This document shows positions 13,201 to 25,000 of a DNA stretch of 64,000 bases, in pieces. The notes under the pieces are model-generated. The model saw only the letters and a program-made list of their open reading frames with translations, had not been told where the DNA came from and ran no database searches. The stretch lies in NCBI RefSeq assembly GCF_009914755.1, contig NC_060933.1; one strand, given 5' to 3'. How positions within the stretch are numbered: position 1 is the first letter of the stretch; each line of letters begins with the position of its first letter. A program made the translations under genes and the position numbers. The DNA comes from the human T2T-CHM13v2.0 reference genome, Homo sapiens.

Positions 13201-13488
13201 TTTCTTTTGATACAACATTTTGGAAACACTCTTTTTGTAGAATCTGCAAGTGGATATTTGGATAGCTTTGAAGGTTTCGTTGGAAACGGGAATATCTTCA
13301 TATGAAATCAAGACAGAAGCATTCTCAGAAACTTCTCTGTGATGTTTGCATTCAACTCATAGAGTTGAACACTTCCCTTCATACAGCAGGTTTGAAACAC
13401 TCTTTTTCTAATATTTGGAAGTGGACATTTGCAGCGCTTTGAGGCCTATGTTGAAAAAGGAAATATCTTCTCCTAAAAACCAGACAGA
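10257..13488 (+). repeat. 19-mer HOR (3232 bp): trimer + 4 tetramers
   Basis: Marker spacing 10360->13592 = 3232; tetramer markers at 10797, 11477, 12157, 12837. Confidence 0.95.
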
Positions 13489-16039
13489 AGCATTCTCAGA
13501 AACTTCCTTGTGATGTGTGTACTCAAGTAACAGAGTTGAACCTTCCTTTTGACAGAGCAGTTTTGAAGCACTCTTTTTGTAGAATCTGCAAGTGGATATT
13601 TTGATACCTTTGAGGATTTCGTTGGACACGGGATATCCTCATATAAAATCTAGACAGAAGCATTCTCAGAAACTTCTTTGTGCTGTATGTCCTCAATTAA
13701 CAGAGTTGAACCATTGTGTGGATACAGCATTTTGGAAACATTCCTTTAGTAGAATCTGCAAGTTGATATTTAGATAGCTAGGAAGATTTCCTTGGAAACG
13801 GGAATATCTTCATATAAAATCTAGACGGAAGCATTCTCAGAAAGTGCTTTGTGATGTCTTCATTCAAGTCACAGAGTAGAATGTTCCCTTTTATAGAGCA
13901 GGTTTGAAACACTCTTTCTGCACTACCTGGAAGTGGACATTTGGAGCACTTTGAGGCCTATGTTGAAAAAGGAAATATCTTCCCATAAAAACTAGACAGA
14001 AGCATTCTCAGAAACTTGTTTGTGATGTGTGTATTCAACTAACAGAGATGAACCTTTCTTTTTACAGAGCAGTTTTGAAACACTCTTTTTGTGGAATCTG
14101 AAAGTGGATATTTGGATAGCTTTGAGGATTTCGTTGGAAACGGGATTACATATAAAACCTAGAGAGAAGCATTCTCAGGAACTTCTTTGTGATGTTTGCC
14201 TTCAAGTCACAGGACTGAACATTCCCTTTCATAGAGCAGGTTTGAAACACTCTTTCTGTAGTATCTGCAAGCTGACGTTTCAAGCGCTTTCAAGCCTATG
14301 GTGACAAAGGAAATATCTTCAAGTAAAAACTAGACAGAAGCATTCTCAGAAACTTATTTGCGATGTGTGTTCTCAACTAACAGAGTTGAACCTTTGTTTT
14401 GATATGGCATTTTGGAAACACTCTTTTTGTAGAATCTGCAGGTGGATATTCGGATAGCTTTGAAGGTTTCGTTGAAACGGGAATATCTTCATATAAAATC
14501 TAGACGGAAGCATTCTCAGAAACTGCTTTGTGATGTTTTCATTCAAGTCACAGAGTAGAATGTTCCCTGTTATATACCAGGTTTGAGACACTCTTTCTGC
14601 ACTACCTGGAAGTGGACGTTTGGAGCGCTTTGAGGCCTATGTTGAAAAAGGAAATATCTTCCCATAAAAACTAGACAGAAGCATTCTCAGAAACTTGTTT
14701 GTGATGTGTGTATTCAACTAACAGAGATGAACCTTTCTTTTTACAGAGCAGTTTTGAAACACTCTTTTTGTGGAATCTGAAAGTGGATATTTGGATAGCT
14801 TTGAGGATTTCGTTGGAAACGGGATTACATATAAAACCTAGAGAGAAGCATTCTCAGGAACTTCTTTGTGATGTTTGCATTCAAGTCACAGAACTCAACA
14901 TTCCCTTTCATAGAGCAGGTTTGAAACACTCTTTCTGTAGTATCTGCAAGCTGACGTTTCAAGCGCTTTCAGGCCTATGGTGAGAAAGGAAATATCTTCA
15001 AGTAAAAACTAGACAGAAGCATTCTCAGAAACTTATTTGCGATGTGTGTTCTCAACTAACAGAGTTGAACCTTTGTTTTGATATGGCATTTTGGAAACAC
15101 TCTTTTTGTAGAATCTGCAGGTGGATATTCGGATAGCTTTGAAGGTTTCGTTGGAAACGGGAATATCTTCATATAAAATCTAGACGGAAGCATTCTCAGA
15201 AACTGCTTTGTGATGTTTTCATTCAAGTCACAGAGTAGAATGTTCCCTGTTATATACCAGGTTTGAGACACTCTTTCTGCACTACCTGGAAGTGGACATT
15301 TGCAGCGCTTTGAGGCCTATGATGAAAAAGGAAATATCTTCCCATAAAAACTAGACAGAAGCATTCTCAGAAACTTGTTTGTGATGTGTGTATTCAACTA
15401 ACAGAGATGAACCTTTCTTTTTACAGAGCAGTTTTGAAACACTCTTTTTGTGGAATCTGAAAGTGGATATTTGGATAGCTTTGAGGATTTCGTTGGAAAC
15501 GGGATTACATATAAAATCTAGAGAGAAGCATTCTCAGGAACTTCTTTGTGATGTTTGCATTCACGTCACAGAACTGAACATTCCCTTTCATAGAGCAGGT
15601 TTGAAACACTCTTTCTGTAGTATCTGCAAGCGGACGTTTTAAGCGCTTTCAGGCCTGTGGTGAGAAAGGAAATATCTTCAAATAAAAACTAGACAGAAGC
15701 ATTCTCAGAAACTTATTTGCGATGTGTGTCCTCAACTAACAGAGTTGAACCTTTCTTTTGATACAACATTTTGGAAACACTCTTTTTGTAGAATCTGCAA
15801 GTGGATATTTGCATAGCTTTGAAGGTTTCGTTGGAAACGGGAATATCTTCATATAAAATCAAGACAGAAGCATTCTCAGAAACTTCTCTGTGATGTTTGC
15901 ATTCAACTCATAGAGTTGAACACTTCCCTTCATACAGCAGGTTTGAAACACTCTTTTTGTAATATTTGGAAGTGGACATTTGCAGCGCTTTGAGGCCTAT
16001 GTTGAAAAAGGAAATATCTTCTCCTAAAAACCAGACAGA
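13489..16039 (+). repeat. Divergent 15-mer HOR with 1-bp deletion (2551 bp)
   Basis: Marker spacing 13592->16143 = 2551; cluster of variants otherwise seen only in its duplicate. Confidence 0.9.
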
Positions 16040-19000
16040 AGCATTCTCAGAAACTTCCTTGTGATGTGTGTACTCAAGTAACAGAGTTGAACCTTCCTTT
16101 TGACAGAGCAGTTTTGAAGCACTCTTTTTGTAGAATCTGCAAGTGGATATTTTGATACCTTTGAGGATTTCATTGGACATGGGATATCTTCATATAAAAT
16201 CTAGACAGAAGCATTCTCAGAAACTTCTTTGTGCTGTATGTCCTCAATTAACAGAGTTGAACCTTTGTGTGGATACAGCATTTTGGAAACATTCCTTTAG
16301 TAGAATCTGCAAGTTGATATTTAGATAGCTAGGAAGATTTCCTTAGAAACGGGAATATCTTCATATAAAATCTAGACGGAAGCATTCTCAGAAAGTGCTT
16401 TGTGATGTTTGCATTCAAGTCACAGAGTTGAATATTCCCTTTTATAGAGCAGGTTTGAAACACTCTTTCTGCACTACCTGGAAGTGGACATTTGGAGCGC
16501 TTTGAGGCCTATGTTGAAAAACGAAATATCTTCCCATAAAAACTAGACAGAAGCATTCTCAGAAACTTGTTTGTGATGTGTGTATTCAACTAACAGAGAT
16601 GAACCTTTCTTTTTACAGAGCAGTTTTGAAACACTCTTTTTGTGGAATCTGAAAGTGGATATTTGGATAGCTTTGAGGATTTCGTTGGAAACGGGATTAC
16701 ATATAAAACCTAGAGAGAAGCATTCTCAGGAACTTCTTTGTGATGTTTGCCTTCAAGTCACAGGACTGAACATTCCCTTTCATAGAGCAGGTTTGAAACA
16801 CTCTTTCTGTAGTATCTGCAAGCTGACGTTTCAAGCGCTTTCAGGCCTATGGTGAGAAAGGAAATATCTTCAAGTAAAAACTAGACAGAAGCATTCTCAG
16901 AAACATATTTGCCATGTGTGTTCTCAACTAACAGAGTTTAACCTTTGTTTTGATACGGCATTTTGGAAACACTCTTTTTGTAGAATCTGCAGGTGGATAT
17001 TCGGATAGCTTTGAAGGTTTCGTTGGAAACGGGAATATCTTCATATAAAATCTTGACGGAAGCATTCTCAGAAACTGCTTTGTGATGTTTTCATTCAAGT
17101 CACAGAGTAGAATCTTCCCTGTTATATACCAGGTTTCAGACACTCTTTCTGCACTACCTGGAAGTGGACATTTGCAGCGCTTTGAGGCCTATGATGAAAA
17201 AGGAAATATCTTCCCATAAAAACTAGACAGAAGCATTCTCAGAAACTTGTTTGTGATGTGTGTATTCAACTAACAGAGATGAACCTTTCTTTTTACAGAG
17301 CAGTTTTGAAACACTCTTTTTGTGGAATCTGAAAGTGGATATTTAGATAGCTTTGAGGATTTCGTTGGAAACGGGATTACATATAAAATCTAGAGAGAAG
17401 CATTCTCAGGAACTTCTTTGTGATGTTTGCATTCACGTCACAGAACTGAACATTCCCTTTCATAGAGCATGTTTGAAACACTCTTTCTGTAGTATCTGCA
17501 AACGGACATTTCAAACGCTTTCAGGCCTATGGTGAGAAAGGAAATATCTTCAAATAAAAACTAGACAGAAGCATTCTCAGAAACTTATTTGCGATGTGTG
17601 TCCTCAACTAACAGAGTTGAACCTTTCTTTTGATACAACATTTTGGAAACACTCTTTTTGTGGAATCTGCAAGTGGATATTTGGATAGCTTTGAAGGTTT
17701 CGTTGGAAACGGGAATATCTTCATATAAAATCAAGACAGAAGCATTCTCAGAAACTTCTCTGTGATGTTTGCATTCAACTCATAGAGTTGAACACTTCCC
17801 TTCATACAGCAGGTTTGAAACACTCTTTTTGTAATATTTGGAAGTGGACATTTGCAGCGCTTTGAGGCCTATGATGAAAAAGGTAATATCTTCCCATAAA
17901 AACTAGACAGAAGCATTCTCAGAAACTTGTTTGTGATGTGTGTATTCAACTAACAGAGATGAACCTTTCTTTTTACAGAGCAGTTTTGAAACACTCTTTT
18001 TGTGGAATCTGAAAGTGGATATTTGGATAGCTTTGCGGATTTCGTTGGAAACGGGATTACATATAAAATCTAGGGAGAAGCATTCTCAGGAACTTCTTTG
18101 TGATGTTTGCATTCAAGTCACAGAACTGAACATTCCCTTTCATAGAGCAGGTTTGAAACACTCTTTCTGTAGTATCTGCAAGCGGACGTTTTAAGCGCTT
18201 TCAGGCCTGTGGTGAGAAAGGAAATATCTTCAAATAAAAACTAGACAGAAGCATTCTCAGAAACTTATTTGCGATGTGTGTCCTCAACTAACAGAGTTGA
18301 ACCTTTCTTTTGATACAACATTTTGGAAACACTCTTTTTGTAGAATCTGCAAGTGGATATTTGGATAGCTTTGAAGGTTTCGTTGTAAACGGGAATATCT
18401 TCATATGAAATCAAGACAGAAGCATTCTCAGAAACTTCTCTGTGATGTTTGCATTCAACTCATAGAGTTGAACACTTCCCTTCATACAGCAGGTTTGAAA
18501 CACTCTTTTTCTAATATTTGGAAGTGGACATTTGCAGCGCTTTGAGGCCTATGTTGAAAAAGGAAATATCTTCTCCTAAAAACCAGACAGAAGCATTCTC
18601 AGAAACTTCCTTGTGATGTGTGTACTCAAGTAACAGAGTTGAACCTTCCTTTTGACAGAGCAGTTTTGAAGCACTCTTTTTGTAGAATCTGCAAGTGGAT
18701 ATTTTGATACCTTTGAGGATTTCGTTGGACACGGGATATCTTCATATAAAATCTAGACAGAAGCATTCTCAGAAACTTCTTTGTGCTGTATGTCCTCAAT
18801 TAACAGAGTTGAACCTTTGTGTGGATACAGCATTTTGGAAACATTCCTTTAGTAGAATCTGCAAGTTGATATTTAGATAGCTAGGAAGAGTTCCTTGGAA
18901 ACGGGAATATCTTCATATAAAATCTAGACGGAAGCATTCTCAGAAAGTGCTTTGTGATGTTTGCATTCAAGTCACAGAGTTGAATGTTCCCTTTTATAGA

Positions 19001-22000
19001 GCAGGTTTGAAATACTCTTTCTGCACTACCTGGAAGTGGACATTTGGAGCGCTTTGAGGCCTATGTTGAAAAAGGAAATATCTTCCCATAAAAACTAGAC
19101 AGAAGCATTCTCAGAAACTTGTTTGTGATGTGTGTATTCAACTAACAGAGATGAACCTTTCTTTTTACAGAGCAGTTTTGAAACACTCTTTTTGTGGAAT
19201 CTGAAAGTGGATATTTGGATAGCTTTGAGGATTTCGTTGGAAACGGGATTACATATAAAACCTAGAGAGAAGCATTCTCAGGAACTTCTTTGTGATGTTT
19301 GCATTCAAGTCACAGAACTGAACATTCCCTTTCATAGAGCAGGTTTGAAACACTCTTTCTGTAGTATCTGCAAGCTGACGTTTCAAGCGCTTTCAGGCCT
19401 ATGGTGAGAAAGGAAATATCTTCAAGTAAAAACTAGACAGAAGCATTCTCAGAAACTTATTTGCCATGTGTGTTCTCAACTAACAGAGTTGAACCTTTGT
19501 TTTGATACGGCATTTTGGAAACACTCTTTTTGTAGAATCTGCAGGTGGATATTCGGATAGCTTTGAAGGTTTCGTTGGAAACGGGAATATCTTCATATAA
19601 AATCTAGACGGAAGCATTCTCAGAAACTGCTTTGTGATGTTTTCATTCAAGTCACAGAGTAGAATGTTCCCTGTTATATACCAGGTTTGAGACACTCTTT
19701 CTGCACTACCTGGAAGTGGACATTTGCAGCGCTTTGAGGCCTATGATGAAAAAGGAAATATCTTCCCATAAAAACTAGACAGAAGCATTCTCAGAAACTT
19801 GTTTGTGATGTGTGTATTCAACTAACAGAGATGAACCTTTCTTTTTACAGAGCAGTTTTGAAACACTCTTTTTGTGGAATCTGAAAGTGGATATTTGGAT
19901 AGCTTTGAGGATTTCGTTGGAAACGGGATTACATATAAAATCTAGAGAGAAGCATTCTCAGGAACTTCTTTGTGATGTTTGCATTCACGTCACAGAACTG
20001 AACATTCCCTTTCATAGAGCATGTTTGAAACACTCTTTCTGTAGTATCTACAAACGGACATTTCAAAAGCTTTCAGGCCTATGGTGAGAAAGGAAATATC
20101 TTCAAATAAAAACTAGACAGAAGCATTCTCAGAAACTTATTTGCGATGTGTGTCCTCAACTAACAGAGTTGAACCTTTCTTTTGATACAACATTTTGGAA
20201 ACACTCTTTTTGTAGAATCTGCAAGTGGATATTTGAATAGCTTTGAAGGTTTCGTTGGAAACGGGAATATCTTCATATAAAATCAAGACAGAAGCATTCT
20301 CAGAAACTTCTCTGTGATGTTTGCATTCAACTCATAGAGTTGAACACTTCCCTTCATACAGCAGGTTTGAAACACTCTTTTTGTAACATTTGGAAGTGGA
20401 CATTTGCAGCGCTTTGAGGCCTATGTTGAAAAAGGAAATATCTTCTCCTAAAAACCAGACAGAAGCATTCTCAGAAACTTCCTTGTGATGTGTGTACTCA
20501 AGTAACAGAGTTGAACCTTCCTTTTGACAGAGCAGTTTTGAAGCACTCTTTTTGTAGAATCTGCAAGTGGATATTTTGATACCTTTGAGGATTTCGTTGG
20601 ACACGGGATATCTTCATATAAAATCTAGACAGAAGCATTCTCAGAAACTTCTTTGTGCTGTATGTCCTCAATTAACAGAGTTGAACCTTTGTGTGGATAC
20701 AGCATTTTGGAAACATTCCTTTAGTAGAATCTGCAAGTTGATATTTAGATAGCTAGGAAGATTTCCTTGGAAACGGGAATATCTTCATATAAAATCTAGA
20801 CGGAAGCATTCTCAGAAAGTGCTTTGTGATGTTTGCATTCAAGTCACAGAGTTGAATATTCCCTTTTATAGAGCAGGTTTGAAACACTCTTTCTGCACTA
20901 CCTGGAAGTGGACATTTGGAGCGCTTTGAGGCCTATGTTGAAAAAGGAAATATCTTCCCATAAAAACTAGACAGAAGCATTCTCAGAAACTTGTTTGTGA
21001 TGTGTGTATTCAACTAACAGAGATGAACCTCTCTTTTTACAGAGCAGTTTTGAAACACTCTTTTTGTGGAATCTGAAAGTGGATATTTGGAGAGCTTTGC
21101 GGATTTCGTTGGAAACGGGATTACATATAAAATCTAGGGAGAAGCATTCTCAGGAACTTCTTTGTGATGTTTGCCTTCAAGTCACAGGACTGAACATTCC
21201 CTTTCATAGAGCAGGTTTGAAACACTCTTTCTGTAGTATCTGCAAGCTGACGTTTCAAGCGCTTTCAGGCCTATGGTGAGAAAGGAAATATCTTCAAGTA
21301 AAAACTAGACAGAAGCATTCTCAGAAACTTATTTGCCATGTGTGTTCTCAACTAACAGAGTTGAACCTTTGTTTTGATACGGCATTTTGGAAACACTCTT
21401 TTTGTAGAATCTGCAGGTGGATATTCGGATAGCTTTGAAGGTTTCGTTGGAAACGGGAATATCTTCATATAAAATCTTGACGGAAGCATTCTCAGAAACT
21501 GCTTTGTGATGTTTTCATTCAAGTCACAGAGTAGAATCTTCCCTGTTATATACCAGGTTTCAGACACTCTTTCTGCACTACCTGGAAGTGGACATTTGCA
21601 GCGCTTTGAGGCCTATGATGAAAAAGGAAATATCTTCCCATGAAAACTAGACAGAAGCATTCTCAGAAACTTGTTTGTGATGTGTGTATTCAACTAACAG
21701 AGATGAACCTTTCTTTTTACAGAGCAGTTTTGAAACACTCTTTTTGTGGAATCTGAAAGTGGATATTTGGATAGCTTTGAGGATTTCGTTGGAAACGGGA
21801 TTACATATAAAATCTAGAGAGAAGCATTCTCAGGAACTTCTTTGTGATGTTTGCATTCACGTCACAGAACTGAACATTCCCTTTCATAGAGCATGTTTGA
21901 AACACTCTTTCTGTAGTATCTGCAAACGGACATTTCAAACGCTTTCAGGCCTATGGAGAGAAAGGAAATATCTTCAAATAAAAACTAGACAGAAGCATTC

Positions 22001-25000
22001 TCAGAAACTTATTTGCGATGTGTGTCCTCAACTAACAGAGTTGAACCTTTCTTTTGATACAACATTTTGGAAACACTCTTTTTGTAGAATCTGCAAGTGG
22101 ATATTTGAATAGCTTTGAAGGTTTCGTTGGAAACGGGAATATCTTCATATAAAATCAAGACAGAAGCATTCTCAGAAACTTCTCTGTGATGTTTGCATTC
22201 AACTCATAGAGTTGAACACTTCCCTTCATACAGCAGGTTTGAAACACTCTTTTTGTAATATTTGGAAGTGGACATTTGCAGCGCTTTGAGGCCTATGATG
22301 AAAAAGGAAATATCTTCCCATAAAAACTAGACAGAAGCATTCTCAGAAACTTGTTTGTGATGTGTGTATTCAACTAACAGAGATGAACCTTTCTTTTTAC
22401 AGAGCAGTTTTGAAACACTCTTTTTGTGGAATCTGAAAGTGGATATTTGGATAGCTTTGCGGATTTCGTTGGAAACGGGATTACATATAAAATCTAGGGA
22501 GAAGCATTCTCAGGAACTTCTTTGTGATGTTTGCATTCAAGTCACAGAACTGAACATTCCCTTTCATAGAGCAGGTTTGAAACACTCTTTCTGTAGTATC
22601 TGCAAGCGGACGTTTTAAGCGCTTTCAGGCCTGTGGTGAGAAAGGAAATATCTTCAAATAAAAACTAGACAGAAGCATTCTCAGAAACTTATTTGCGATG
22701 TGTGTCCTCAACTAACAGAGTTGAACCTTTCTTTTGATACAACATTTTGGAAACACTCTTTTTGTAGAATCTGCAAGTGGATATTTGGATAGCTTTGAAG
22801 GTTTCGTTGGAAACGGGAATATCTTCATATGAAATCAAGACAGAAGCATTCTCAGAAACTTCTCTGTGATGTTTGCATTCAACTCATAGAGTTGAACACT
22901 TCCCTTCATACAGCAGGTTTGAAACACTCTTTTTCTAATATTTGGAAGTGGACATTTGCAGCGCTTTGAGGCCTATGTTGAAAAAGGAAATATCTTCTCC
23001 TAAAAACCAGACAGAAGCATTCTCAGAAACTTCCTTGTGATGTGTGTACTCAAGTAACAGAGTTGAACCTTCCTTTTGACAGAGCAGTTTTGAAGCACTC
23101 TTTTTGTAGAATCTGCAAGTGGATATTTTGATACCATTGAGGATTTCGTTGGACACGGGATATCTTCATATAAAATCTAGACAGAAGCATTCTCAGAAAC
23201 TTCTTTGTGCTGTATGTCCTCAATTAACAGAGTTGAACCTTTGTGTGGATACAGCATTTTGGAAACATTCCTTTAGTAGAATCTGCAAGTTGATATTTAG
23301 ATAGCTAGGAAGAGTTCCTTGGAAACGGGAATATCTTCATATAAAATCTAGACGGAAGCATTCTCAGAAAGTGCTTTGTGATGTTTGCATTCAAGTCACA
23401 GAGTTGAATGTTCCCTTTTATAGAGCAGGTTTGAAACACTCTTTCTGCACTACCTGGAAGTGGACATTTGGAGCGCTTTGAGGCCTATGTTGAAAAAGGA
23501 AATATCTTCCCATAAAAACTAGACAGAAGCATTCTCAGAAACTTGTTTGTGATGTGTGTATTCAACTAACAGAGATGAACCTTTCTTTTTACAGAGCAGT
23601 TTTGAAACACTCTTTTTGTGGAATCTGAAAGTGGATATTTGGATAGCTTTGAGGATTTCGTTGGAAACGGGATTACATATAAAACCTAGAGAGAAGCATT
23701 CTCAGGAACTTCTTTGTGATGTTTGCATTCAAGTCACAGAACTGAACATTCCCTTTCATAGAGCAGGTTTGAAACACTCTTTCTGTAGTATCTGCAAGCT
23801 GACGTTGCAAGCGCTTTCAGGCCTATGGTGAGAAAGGAAATATCTTCAAGTAAAAACTAGACAGAAGCATTCTCAGAAACTTATTTGCGATGTGTGTTCT
23901 CAACTAACAGAGTTGAACCTTTGTTTTGATATGGCATTTTGGAAACACTCTTTTTGTAGAATCTGCAGGTGGATATTCGGATAGCTTTGAAGGTTTCGTT
24001 GGAAACGGGAATATCTTCATATAAAATCTAGACGGAAGCATTCTCAGAAACTGCTTTGTGATGTTTTCATTCAAGTCACAGAGTAGAATGTTCCCTGTTA
24101 TATACCAGGTTTGAGACACTCTTTCTGCACTACCTGGAAGTGGACATTTGCAGCGCTTTGAGGCCTATGATGAAAAAGGAAATATCTTCCCATAAAAACT
24201 AGACAGAAGCATTCTCAGAAACTTGTTTGTGATGTGTGTATTCAACTAACAGAGATGAACCTTTCTTTTTACAGAGCAGTTTTGAAACACTCTTTTTGTG
24301 GAATCTGAAAGTGGATATTTGGATAGCTTTGAGGATTTCGTTGGAAACGGGATTACATATAAAATCTAGAGAGAAGCATTCTCAGGAACTTCTTTGTGAT
24401 GTTTGCATTCACGTCACAGAACTGAACATTCCCTTTCATAGAGCAGGTTTGAAACACTCTTTCTGTAGTATCTGCAAGCGGACGTTTTAAGCGCTTTCAG
24501 GCCTGTGGTGAGAAAGGAAATATCTTCAAATAAAAACTAGACAGAAGCATTCTCAGAAACTTATTTGCGATGTGTGTCCTCAACTAACAGAGTTGAACCT
24601 TTCTTTTGATACAACATTTTGGAAACACTCTTTTTGTAGAATCTGCAAGTGGATATTTGCATAGCTTTGAAGGTTTCGTTGGAAACGGGAATATCTTCAT
24701 ATAAAATCAAGACAGAAGCATTCTCAGAAACTTCTCTGTGATGTTTGCATTCAACTCATAGAGTTGAACACTTCCCTTCATACAGCAGGTTTGAAACACT
24801 CTTTTTGTAATATTTGGAAGTGGACATTTGCAGCGCTTTGAGGCCTATGTTGAAAAAGGAAATATCTTCTCCTAAAAACCAGACAGAAGCATTCTCAGAA
24901 ACTTCCTTGTGATGTGTGTACTCAAGTAACAGAGTTGAACCTTCCTTTTGACAGAGCAGTTTTGAAGCACTCTTTTTGTAGAATCTGCAAGTGGATATTT

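Noticed and set aside
18378-18394. CENP-B box variant TTTCGTTGTAAACGGGA (also at 38679)
   Set aside because: The change falls in a non-core position, so it is probably neutral; it serves only as a duplication marker.
21684-22112. Longest ORF (142 aa)
   Set aside because: It results from one private T->A change at 21957 that removes a TGA; the duplicate at 41305 keeps the stop.
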